From Haliotis rubra (lineage: Eukaryota): a DNA stretch of 64,000 bases. The translations under genes were made by a program, and so were the position numbers. Below, in pieces: positions 52,441 to 64,000 of this stretch. Under the pieces are notes generated by a model. It was not told the DNA's origin, did not search any database, and saw only the letters and a program-made list of their open reading frames with translations. The number at the start of each line of letters is the position of its first letter. Position 1 is the stretch's first letter. The stretch lies in contig NW_025767126.1 in the NCBI RefSeq assembly GCF_003918875.1, positions 682,001 through 746,000 of the forward strand, written 5' to 3'.

Positions 52441-53394
52441 TATAGCGAAAATGGAATTAAAATACAACATAATTTGTCAATGGAAATGATTGGCACATAA
52501 CATTAATTACAGAAATTAGGAGGCTGCCTTGAAGGATTTGGTGATTTTTCTTCATTATTGAGTCGATATCTGTTCTAATTGCTAAGGGTTTTGACAGTGC
52601 TATGTATAGGCAGTTCACAGCAGCGCACCAGGCCTCAATGAGAACTGTTTCAACCGGAGATTCATAGTCGGGTAGGGACAGGGGCATTCGTGCTGTGGGC
52701 GATTAACGGTTACTGCACTCAAATTATATTCTTTAATGCTTCTTTCCATCTACAAATCGCTGTGATCACATATCTCATACGATTGATCTTCAAGTTCTGA
52801 AGAGGGAACTCAACTCGCACGTACCCATTCACATACCCACACCCAGAAATACACAATTCACATAATTTCATCCACCTGGACAAGCCCAATCAGGGTGCGG
52901 AGCCAGGTAATACCCGGAGGACGTATTGTTAAATATATTCACATATTGTCTCATAAATTTCAAATGAAATCATTACGAGTGTGTAACATGAGCACATGTT
53001 TAAAGCAAGTTGTACTTGTGATTTTCTTCCAATGGGATCATATTTCACGTGTGATTGTCTTTGAGTCGGATCATATTACACTGGTGATCAGCGATGGGTG
53101 GAGTATAGCCGCCGAGGGCACCTGCGTGTGTCCATAATGAGGTCATTCAATACACGTGTTAACTTACCCGACCTCGAGTGTAACCAAGGGCTGTAGGGAA
53201 TTGGTTTATCGTCTTCAGTTAGGTGTCTGGAGGCAGTGGAACCGTCAATATTTCATCAGAGTTAATAAATAAATCTGAGACAGTCGCAGACAGCTGTTCA
53301 AGCGTGACTGTTACGCATGTAGGTAAGAACGCGATATTGGTGCTCGTAGTGCAGTGTGTCACACTCACCTGTCTGGTAAATCAGGAACCATTTA

Positions 53395-53539
53395 CATCGA
53401 AACATCGTTGTGTCGAACTTCGGTTGTCGCGAAGTAAATCTTATTCCCCGCACACCTTATAAAGAAATCAGTTTTGGTTGTGTCGAACTTCAGATAACTC
53501 GAAGTATCCTTTCAACTTCGACACAACGGGGTTCGACTG
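53395..53539. mobile_element. pogo/Tigger-like MITE remnant
   Basis: Right end ttcgacacaacggggttcgactg|TA; degenerate left end TA|catcgaaacatcgttgtgtcgaa; related sequence at 59531-59575. Confidence 0.6.
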
Positions 53540-54188
53540 TAAAGCGAATGCTGATTAGAGATATTTAAAATGCTCTGAGATTCTGACCACAGTCTGTAAA
53601 AAACAACTCCTCATTTTTGCCCAGGAATTGTCGTCTACCGTACTTATATTTTCATATTTTAATCAGATTACTCAGACATAATTCAAACCATAAGCTAGAA
53701 TTGAAATGTATTGACTCAAAACGTTGGATCACCCACTGCACTACTCTGGGTGTCTATTATACATGTACACAACGGTTGCAATATGCAAGTCATGCTCGAG
53801 CCTATTGTCTGCTCTATTAAGAAATCACGGAAGTGGAACACAAATGTCAAATAAATTAGGTTATTACGTTTATCTTTGACATGGTGTACTTCCTAAAGGT
53901 AAATTAACTCATAACTGTTGCTCTAAAATATTTGGCTTCATCAGTCATGTGACAGGCAAGGCCACTTTTGTCGTCAGAAGATAGACCAAGTGTGTCCATG
54001 ATTAACGGCTGATTCAAGTAGTGGGCATATTTCTCCACGTGGGGTTTTCGACCTAATAATATCAGATAATTGGTTATTTTTATTAACTGACGTGGAGTAG
54101 TATTACATGATTAGAGTTGGCATTGATTAGGTCATAATTCATTTGGTAGTTTTAGCATTTATGCCATATATAGATTTAGCGGTTTAGG

Positions 54189-54545
54189 TGAGGTGAGGTG
54201 AGGTGAAGGTTAAACGTCGTGCTTGAGAATATTTCGCTCATATGACGACGTGCATGTGTGTGTATGTGTATGTGCGGCTGCTTGTACTAGCCCAGACTTA
54301 AGCTGGTTTTATAGTGCTAGCCCACTGAGATACCATGCCGCAGTGAAGCATGAATATCCCGCTCAGACACATTATACTGACTCTGAGCCGACCAGTCCTT
54401 GTAGTACCCATTAATGCCGAGCGCCAGGCAGGGACCAACAAGTACCATATTTTAACGTCTTTCGGTATGACGCGGTCGGGGATCAAACCCGCGACCTTCC
54501 GCTCTCCGGGCGGACGCTCTAACCACTACACCACGGAGGCGGTCT
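54189..54545 (-). mobile_element. Family D MetaSINE/RUDI-like SINE, full length
   Basis: 14-bp TSD tttagcggtttagg at 54175-54188/54546-54559; (cctca)n tail. Confidence 0.9.
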
Positions 54546-54586
54546 TTTAGCGGTTTAGGGACTATTCATGGATGAAATAGTGAGAT

Positions 54587-54971
54587 TAGACTAACTCTTA
54601 GTCTCTGAATACATATAATTTTAATAGTAACAAATAAACCCATTAAATTGAAAAGGATCCCCAGTGAGTTGGGAGATTCCTGAACCTGGGGAAATCTAGA
54701 CTTGCTTCATTTAGGGCTTTAGCTTTGCAGAGAGGGCTTGGCAGTAGGGGAAATAATGTGGTTGAGGGACTGTGAGACAGACTAATCCAAGCACTGTCCG
54801 TGCTCGACGTTGCTGGCGTGAACCAGTCGTCTCCAAGCTCATCTCAAGACTGGAAACTTACACGAGACTATGCAGTCAGCCTACAAGTTAGGTCTCAGTA
54901 CGGAATCTGCTCTGATGAGAGGGCTAGGCAGTTGGGAAAATAAATGTGGTTCAGGGACTGGAGACAGACTG
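54587..54971 (+). mobile_element. Composite family C element with two right ends and ~130 bp of extra sequence
   Basis: 9-bp TSD tagtgagat at 54578-54586/54972-54980 encloses a full copy (to 54784), unique DNA and a second right end (~54915-54971). Confidence 0.78.
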
Positions 54972-54997
54972 TAGTGAGATGAGTGTCAGTCTTGTTC

Positions 54998-55073
54998 CAC
55001 ACCATAAGGACACCATAAGGACACCCTAAGGACACAATAAGGACATCATAAGGACACCATAAGAACAGCATAA

Positions 55074-55154
<81 letters not shown>
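54998..55154. repeat. Compound repeat: (ccataaggaca)n, (ga)n, (gat)n
   Basis: Directly visible. Confidence 0.92.
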
Positions 55155-55983
55155 CGGTGAGTATGTGACCCGATGAATGTGTGTGTAATGTGATGTATTG
55201 TGCGTGTGCACGCGTGCGTGAGTGTGAAAGACATGACGGGACACATATATTAACAACTCTTCTCTAACTTATGGGTAAAAATTCTTTCCGACAACTCTTC
55301 TGTAACTCCCAAGATTGTTGTTCACTTTCTTGTCAGTAGAGAGAACTCACGAAGAATTATGCAACAAGATACCATCAGCGGTGAATATCGTTCACGAGCA
55401 CCTTGGGATCCCGTTATATATTATTTACGGCTCAAGTCAGCATTCTTCTCAAAACTCTCCCCCAATAATTACCGTTGCCTGATGACCCCCCGTGACCCCG
55501 AGCCTCGATCCCGGTACCTCGGTGCTTCCAACACGGACATCAAAAGACAAGGTGTCAGGTTGCATGAATCTTTAATAACCTCACTGTCCCTTCTCTCTTC
55601 GGGAAAATCCGAGATAAGAGCTGTAAGTGCAGGTAGCTTTGATTGTCTGTTTGTTCAACACCTGAGCAATTAGCATTGTCGGAAACGCCAGGTGGTGAGG
55701 CGGGGGACAATCAGGGCCACGAACCACGTGCTTGCTTTTGAAGAGGGGCCGTGTTTTATGGACAGATTCATTCGGCACACTTCGGCTCGTTCCGTCAATA
55801 AATGAGACTCTTGACCATTCGTAACCGCTGATGTCATTCTGCGCCGAAGAACGATCTGGGTTTGGCGTGTGATGTAATGGATGGTAATTTTGAGATTCGG
55901 TACGAGCGATTACAATCGGACTTCCACGGCGGTCTTTTTCAGCGTGTTTGATTGTCCTCGTATATTTAATGTGAAAGATTAAG

Positions 55984-56150
55984 AGTGAGTGAGTGAGCAT
56001 GGTTTTACGCCGCTTGTAGCAACATTCCAGTAATATCACGGCAGGGGACACCAGAAATGGGCTCCAATGATTCTACCCATTTAGGGAATCAAACCCGGGT
56101 CTTCGGCGTGGCTAGCAAACGCTTTAACCAATAGGCTACCCCACCGCCCC
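55984..56150 (-). mobile_element. Family A SINE
   Basis: Full length; flanking aaagatta duplication. Confidence 0.88.
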
Positions 56151-57597
56151 TAAAAAGATTAGGATAATGACAATATTCTATTCAAGTTTTCACTAATTAG
56201 CACTTCTATATTTCAAAACCCATTCCTTCATACAACCGAACCTCATTATAACGGACCGGTTTACGGTGAAAACCTCAATACAGCTGAGAACAAGGTTCCG
56301 AAGACTAAAACTTCACAAAAAGGATATTCGTTAAACTGGCATCACCAAGTGAGGCTTAAAGGGGTTTCATAATTTTATATGTCTTACATGAAATGGTTAG
56401 ATGTTTGAAACCCTTGGTTTGTATAACCCTTTCTACTGACGGGAAGGTTGTGGGGTGTTAGGTGGTGGTAGGGGGGTTGGGTGGTGGTAGTGGTGGAGTT
56501 CATGCTCCACTCGTCACCCCGATTACCATGTGACATATGAAAAAACAAACAACCAATAATATTTTCATTATTTAAAGGAAAAACATTTGATAAAATGCCA
56601 TGTGTGAGACAGAAACAAGAATCAGACGAATTATTCCCTTCTATATATATTTTATCCCAAACGTACAAAAACAACAACAAAAATCACTCAAATCGACTAA
56701 AAGTGTCAATTAACAGGATTCAAGCAGGCACAAATAACACGTTACTTTGTTTTCACGTGAAACTCAACAAAACCTCAATTTGTTTTGAAATGTTTAATAA
56801 CAATCAGGATTACCGTTATGTCATTAAAAATTACTACCCTGTCGAACCGTTAACGCGTTTTTGCGTTTTATACATTGTTTGCCACTACTGACATTCGAAG
56901 AGATCTGATGCTGCCCGTTCAGGGACCACAATCCCAGGAATATTAGAGAACAATTGACGTCATTGAAAGCGTGTGCTTCCTCACAAACGGTAATGTCAAG
57001 ACGACGGGCGATAAAAGCCGGATTTGGTCGTATTGTCCAGGTTTTTGTATTCCGATATTCATTTATTATTGCGAGGATATTTATAATTCAGAGTCATGGT
57101 TAAATATTCACGTAAAGTAGCCACAATCAGAGGGCCTCGATGGTGTATATACATAAAGAAAGTTCACCCAGACAACGCCCCCGTTGATTGATGATCAATG
57201 CTTGTCAATATCATGAAAATCTAAAAGTTGCCGACGCATTAGCATCAGTGATGACTTGTCGATTGCATCCTTTGATATGGACATGTTAACGAAATAACTC
57301 AGACTTTATGAATAATCAATTCGATCGTTTTCTCACGCAGAACACTTTTATGGTGGAAATGTGACAAACAAGATAAACTGAACGACACGTGGTTTTAAAG
57401 TTTTAAAATATCAAAGATATGCAGTTCATGTAAGAGTATGTACAAGTTTCAGATTAGAATAGGTCCCGGGTAAACTGTGATTGTCGTAGAAAGCGACTAA
57501 ACCGATCGAGTGTTCATCCTCGGTGACTTTCGTCTCAACATACCCCAGTGCGATGGCGCTCATTTTATCGATCACTGGTGTGTCTAGCATGGTACAA

Positions 57598-57760
57598 GTG
57601 AGTGAGTGAGTGAGTTTGGTTTTACGCTGCTTTTAGCAATATTCGAACAATATCACGGCGGGGGACACCAGAAATGGACTTCACACATTGTACCCACGTG
57701 GGGAATCGAACCCGAGTCTTCGGCGTGACGAGCGAACGCTTTAACCACTAGGCTACCCCC
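57598..57760 (-). mobile_element. Family A SINE (next to a degenerate family B at ~57462-57590)
   Basis: Reverse complement of family A. Confidence 0.88.
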
Positions 57761-59076
57761 AGTATGGTTCGAGACATAGCTCTATGTAAGTCAAGGGAAT
57801 AAATGTTTCGTATATCAACTAATTCCTCATTATAAAAGCAAAAGGAGACACATCCTAATCATACCGTCAAAAAAATCTCAAGAATAGTGATGACACCAGG
57901 TGTAAATTGTAATCCGCAAATTGTAATAAAAATTGACGTGAATTGTTATTTATCTGACAAAGTGTGTGAAGTTCGCGTCTCAAATCCCAATCTCATGACA
58001 GAAGAAGGAAGAAAATTAAACATGAAATGAAAGATTGTGTCCATTTTGTAGAATTTTGTTTTTGCCAGATATGTCCATTTTACAGTGACCTTGAGAAAAC
58101 ATTCTTTTAAACAATATTTATTGTATATCATGCGTTTACACCGATCAGCAAATGATACAATTTAAAATAAGGGATTACATTCAAAGTAGTTTTGGTCACT
58201 GATGAGTCAAATATAAAAATGTCATCTACATTTTAACCAAAAAATAATAGACGGAAATACGAGTACGTTTTTTGTGTTTTTATTGCTATGTTACAAACTT
58301 ATTGCTCAGTTTTAATCACGGAAGGTGACCTTTAGAATGTCCTTGACAATATATCAAAGTTTTGTTTTTGTTCGTATTCTCCTTTAAAGATTTATTTCGG
58401 CCTTGGCTGTTGTAACCCTGCTCTAAAGTATAGCAAAAGTATGACTGCCGCTCGTTGAAATTTTAGAAAAATCGAAACTGGAAAGTCGTAAATCCAAAGC
58501 CTGAAGTTGTTGGAATATTCTCAACATAAAGGGAAAGTTGAACCCGTTACTCTTGTCAATACAGCCTTGTTGCACTCAAGACTTTTTAAGAAATTTAATT
58601 AATTTCACCCTGGTGTCATTATACGTTGCTGTGACCTTTGAAACATGATTTGAATTAATCTCAGTTGTAAAGGTAAGTGAATTCATAAGTCAACATTGTA
58701 GCTGCATGTGGATCGAATTACTGGCTATGTACATCAGCACAGCTGATATCAACTTGTGAGACTAATTTAACATCTCGTTCTTAAAAAGTTTGTTGAGCGG
58801 TATCATATTCTCCCTTCTCCAATAATGACTGCGAAACGAGAAATGTGACTCTTTGATTAAACATTTTTTATCCGGGAAACATTTGAATTAGATGAATAAC
58901 TTACTCTTAAGAATGACATATCCGATTTTAACATATTCCGTTTGGATTAATTAGAAACATGCCGGCAGTGGATTCCTTTTGATTAATTCTGTATCGAGTT
59001 TACCTAACACACATTCTGTCATTTCATCTTCACTCTGTCAAATCTGAAGGAAAAGTAACGACATGTCTCTCCTGAA

Positions 59077-59325
59077 CCCCATGAGGGGTCCGGGTTAGAA
59101 TTAACCATAACCCATGCTTGTCGTAAGAGGTGACTAACGGGATCGGGGGGTCAGGCTCGCTGACTTGGTTGACACGTGTGATCGGTTCCCAATTGCGCAG
59201 ATCGATGCTCATGCTGTTGATCACTGGATTGTCTGGTCCAGACTCGATTATTTACAGACCGCCGTCATATAGCTGGAATATTGCTGAGTGCGCGTAAAAC
59301 TAAACTGAACTCACTCACTCACTCA
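59077..59325 (+). mobile_element. Family B, full length
   Basis: 8-bp TSD ctcctgaa at 59069-59076/59326-59333. Confidence 0.9.
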
Positions 59326-59391
59326 CTCCTGAATTAACGTTTTCTATTTCTGAGTAACTAAAATGGTTCTTTGGAACAATCGGCCGAGAGG

Positions 59392-59530
59392 NNNNNNNNN
59401 NNNNNNNNNNNNNNNNNNNNNNNNNNNNNNNNNNNNNNNNNNNNNNNNNNNNNNNNNNNNNNNNNNNNNNNNNNNNNNNNNNNNNNNNNNNNNNNNNNNN
59501 NNNNNNNNNNNNNNNNNNNNNNNNNNNNNN
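59392..59530. other. Assembly gap (N)
   Basis: N run. Confidence 0.95.
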
Positions 59531-60216
59531 NAACTCGAAGTATTTACTTCAACTTCGACATAACGGAGTTTGAATAAACATCGAAGGACTGATCAGTGAA
59601 TGAACGAACAACTATCGCAATAAAATAGGTTTATCTGCATATCCAGGTACATATTATGTACATTTGTAATCATATATAAGTGTACAAAAGATGGTGAATT
59701 TGAAGTTTCGGTCACAGCTGAAGATGCACATACTCAGGCAGATTTTTCGGTGCATTTTCAAAATGTTTTACATATCAAAAAGTGTTTGATAAATTCCAAA
59801 TTGAAATTAAACTCTTTATGTAAATGTTTCATGCGGAATTCAGCAGCACTCGATATGCGTCCTCGTCTGATGGGTGGAATGTTTGAATGCGTACATTTTA
59901 ACTAATATGTCATCTAGCGTGCCAACACGCACCTGCTTCGTCACGTGTTTTATTTGGATTTTACTGAATCGAAAGTCATCAAATCAACATTGAAAAATGA
60001 TATTTACGCATGGATGCACAGCAGCTATTGCCGAGATTGAATATTTTTTATATCGAGACTGATGTCGAATACAAAATTTCTACTAAATGTTATGATTAAA
60101 ATTTTGTTTGATTAATTAATAAGTTCGAACGTACATGTATTTTTACATAAATTAATAAAGATAATTGGTTTGCTCATCTTATATTTTATTATTTGGTTTA
60201 GCGAGCCCATCTTATA

Positions 60217-60344
60217 TACTCATGCCAATAATGGTTGTCACCCCTCTCCCCACCCCAACCCCACACACACCCCACACCCACACCCCACACCCCCTCTCCA
60301 ATAAAACAAATTGAAGGGGGTGACAACCATTATTGGCATGAGTA
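60217..60344. mobile_element. Tc1/mariner-type MITE (128 bp)
   Basis: Perfect TIRs tactcatgccaataatggttgtcacccc / ggggtgacaaccattattggcatgagta, TA TSD, C-rich interior. Confidence 0.88.
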
Positions 60345-60414
60345 TATTTTATTATTTGGTTTAGCGAGGACGTCTTTTCATATATACTCCTATAAAGAGA
60401 ACGTGAATGTATTT

Positions 60415-60550
60415 GGATTGACACTGGTTTTAGAAAATATCACAGCTGGGGACACCAGAATAGGCTTCACACATTGTACCCATGTTGGGAATCGAACCCG
60501 GCCTTCGGCGTAACGAGCGAACGCTTTAACCACTAGGCCCCACAGCCCTC
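60415..60550 (-). mobile_element. Family A SINE, degenerate tail
   Basis: Reverse complement of family A. Confidence 0.82.
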
Positions 60551-60764
60551 CTTAAAATAAGTTTAAATAATGCCCGATATATTTATTTGACTAGTTAATC
60601 ACTTACGGCATGACATAACACTCAATAATATATTAACAGATCGGAGTTTGTTTGAGTGATTCATTACTCATTATGATTTTTTCTGATACAATGTGGAGAA
60701 AAGACGCTTTACTCATAAAAAATGAAAACATGTCAGTTGATGTATTACTGGAACTTCTAAATCA

Positions 60765-60960
60765 TCTGTGACGCCATGAATAATGTATGACGTCATCTGT
60801 AATTATTCGTGACAGACGTCTAAATGAGATCACATGTGCACCTTAGCGTTTCTTGGTGGTGACTGGTCATTTGGAGAGACGATGATCAGAGAGAGATGAT
60901 GCCCTATAACATGACGTCATCCGTTATTCGCGTTGTCAAAATAGAGTGATGACGCGTTTC
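60765..60960. promoter_or_regulatory. CRE/ATF site cluster
   Basis: Two perfect ATGACGTCAT palindromes (cores at 60788 and 60912) plus TGACGC half-sites. Confidence 0.35.
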
Positions 60961-63900
60961 CAGACAAACAAGGTTTTGTAGAATTGGAAATCCTACCAAA
61001 ACCTTTTTTCTAGACAATGATTTTTTCTTTAAATTTTTAAAAATGACAACTTCAGATTATGTATTTTTTGTTATTCTTCAGTAAAGCTTGTAAATCACAA
61101 CCAATGTTTATGGTTTATACTTTTATACTCTTTGATTTTTTTATTTCCATGGCAAATACACAAAATCTCTGTCGTCGATAATCACCATAATGTATGTCAA
61201 AAATCTCTGTCGTCAATAATCACCATAAGGTTAACGTAAGAATACCCCATGATTGTAATGACTAGTATATATTTACTCTTTCAAATGTGCTTTCAACTGA
61301 AAATAAATTGCTAAAAAATGCTGCAATACGTTCCGATTTCGATTTCTTTCAACAAATCAAAATTGTATCGTTCGTGACCATGGGTGATATCTCATATTAA
61401 ATATTGATATAAAATTGCTGAAATATGATACGAATATTCGGCATATATCTGATTCCAAGGTTATCTGATATACTGGAACATTTTCATCGGACGAAGCATA
61501 TATTTCCCACGGTGTTTTAACAATTAGCTGCCCATTGTTCTGGGGAAGAAGAAACGTTCTCGGGAGTTTTCCTGTTTATGAGTTTACCCCATTGGCGTAT
61601 CATCAATCATCTGACTAAACGTACCAAGGCCCGAGAGAGAATAATGACCTGTACAATTTGATAAAGCTCGGTACTAATAGTTCCATCTCTCGGTTAAAAG
61701 GTTGTTTCTAGTCTACCTGATAATGTTTCTCCTTAATTGTTTGGTTTATGCGGTTTTATCCATAATATACAACTAAGAATTTTGTATGGTCAGGTTAAAG
61801 GTCGAAATATGTCTTATTGTGAAATTAGAAATAAATAAAGCGTGATATTTTATATCGGAATAAGAACTGTTAGATGGTACAATGGGACATAACTTGCACG
61901 TGTTTTGTTCATGAAAGAATTTCTCCTTGAATGTTAAAGGGTTACTGTAAACAATGATGCAAAATATCACGGCGGGGACACCAGAAATGATTGATAGTAA
62001 TTAGAAGACAGCTAACGAGGAACTATAAACTGAGTATCATGAAGAATTCCGGATTCTTCGGGGTTTCTCTTTATTCCGAGTGAAGGAATTAATATATTCA
62101 AAGGAAAGCCCACGAATCTTTAGAGGGATACTTTTATAATTTGTAAGGAAAACCAGAAAAAACCTTGTTCGTATTTCCAAGTTTCAAGTACACTCTAACA
62201 CCAAAATTACCATAGAATAAAAACAAATGGGCCGATTTATTTGTGTATTGTTCGAAAATTAAATATAAGTAGATGATGATATATTTTCTACCGACATCCA
62301 CTGAACAAATCAGCAGATTTGCAAATGCTTGTTCCTGCTCAATACCAGAAAACAAGTCTAAATTCCTGAAAATCATGAGTTTGATATCATTTTAGTATTG
62401 CATGTTTTTTAATCGGTTTATTGGTTTTATTGGTCTTGGTATGTGCAAACGCGTCATATATCATGTCCATAATATTTATATCAAAGTAATTGTACCTAAA
62501 ACGTTCCATCTTGTAAATTATATTTCCAGCGTTGGGATTCTGAGAGATTCCGAGAATCCTCCCGTGCGTACTGACAAGGAAATAGCTATAATATTGATCG
62601 GGTCGCTCCTCTAGGGTTCTACTTAGAAATAAGACAAGGGATCTTTGGGGATCGCGTCCCCTGGGCCGTCAAGTATAACTTAATTGAATTCTGATTAGCT
62701 ACATACGAAAATGACTCGATTTATTGTAACACCTATTCTCAATAGGACATCTTCTGTAAAAATGGCCGTGAGAGAAAAAATGTACACACTTTTTTGCGAT
62801 TTAGAAAAGCCCCAAGGAAATTGGAATTGATCCGTTGGTTTCTGTTTGGGCTTTAATTGAGAAAAAAGGTGATGGAGAAAGTGACATACTTTGTAATCAA
62901 TTTCTAATGGCCCAGTGAAACTGATTAAAGTGGTTTTATGTGCGTGTTCCGGGAGTCAAAGTGACTGGTTCACGAGGGATGGGGAGCGTGGCGTCCTATA
63001 CAATTGTTTACCTCTTCTTTGTAGTGTCCACCTTCTCGGTCTTAAAATCGCAGTTTATTTGAAAAGTTAAAATTAAACCAAATAAAATTTACTGCACGAG
63101 GATACAATATATCCTTGGTTTAACATACAGATAGGACATTGTGCTTGGTCTTATTTCGGATAGTTCTTGTATTCAATGTCAATCTGAGATTACGCTCATT
63201 ATACTGCTCTGGTTTTATGCCTTTGTACCATCTGTATTTTATGTGAGACTTTAAAATAAATCATATGTGTGTCTGTCTGTCTGTCTGCGAAAACGGTTAT
63301 ATAAATAACCATGGGCCACGGCCATTTCATGTGTAAGTACAGGCTCCCCTGTGTGGATTCCGGAAACCAGAGTGATAGTGATTTACATTTACTATGCACC
63401 AACTGAAATAGATGCTATAGAGTGGACAGCAAAGTTAGCAGAGACGATATCATTAGGCTTTAAGGCCGGGTTGTGCAGGGCCACAGATCGTTTAACACTA
63501 CTGGATAAATCAAATGTAATAAAAGAAAATATCAAACTAAAATTTTAAAAAATCAGCGTGTTCGAGATTCAGCAGAGAAAGCTTCATGGTTTTAATCTTT
63601 GTGTCATTCGTTGACATCATTTGTTGTCCTTGAAGTGGCACTATAATAATGCAAAATGATGTCCATATTATGTCCGTCCACTGCATATTCTTGTTTAAAG
63701 AATATGACAACTTTTGGTTTAATCGTATATGACATTAACAATGCTAATGAACTGGGAAATTGAGAACAGATAAACAGACAAATGAGTGAGTGAGTTCGTT
63801 TCATGTCTTTATCGATATTCTGTGGAGCAGTATCGAGTGGTTTCTTTTTCATCAAACGAGAAACGATAATGCGTTCTTGTCCTCCCGTAGACCATCGAAA

Positions 63901-64000
63901 TAGGTTAATGTGATACTGTAGCAGATCTCAGAACCGTGGTTCCCAGGATAACCAGACCATTTGGAATTGGTAGTCGTGGGAAAATGGCGCGATTTTTTGC

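Noticed and set aside
55224-55240. miR-71-like start (tgaaagacatg)
   Set aside because: Match stops after about 11 nt and no precursor hairpin is evident.
58198-58260. Hammerhead-like CTGATGAGTC...GACGGAAA
   Set aside because: Extra G before GAAA, long unpaired stem II region, no convincing stems I/III.
57888-58622. Possible TIR pair (atgacaccagg / cctggtgtcat)
   Set aside because: Short match with no definable termini or TSD.
62292-62366. Possible minus-strand exon (ttttcag|...NLDLFSGIEQEQAFANLLICSVDV|gtagaa)
   Set aside because: Weak donor, unrecognised peptide, no supporting neighbouring exons.

Overview
Animal (eukaryotic) genomic DNA, AT-rich, with four N-gaps. The repeat families look molluscan and, from my recollection of such repeats, abalone (Haliotis)-like; this is inference, not checked. 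I could not support any host protein-coding gene. The long ORFs in the track are read-throughs of minisatellites, SINEs or N-gaps, so the window is a large intron or intergenic region. It contains: (A) about 25 copies of a ~165-bp tRNA(Asp-like)-headed SINE; (B) about 20 copies of a ~245-bp SINE-like element with no Pol III head, starting with a predicted pseudoknot; (D) 3-4 MetaSINE/RUDI-like SINEs; (E) 2 copies of a tRNA/5S-headed CORE-like SINE; three 5'-truncated LINE 3' ends (I/Nimb-like, L2-like, CR1/L2-group); Academ-like 9-10-bp-TSD elements, Tc1/mariner-, hAT- and Harbinger-like MITEs; and five large minisatellites. Best finding: SINE families A, B and D and the I/Nimb-like LINE fragment at 48453-48752 end in the same two-stem RNA hairpin with compensatory base changes in both stems. 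A likely LINE partner and three passenger families are therefore visible in one window. A second pair (L2 fragment and 5S/CORE SINE) is also likely. Unique DNA carries many CACGTG E-boxes and some CRE/ETS/YY1 clusters, suggesting a regulatory landscape (low confidence).
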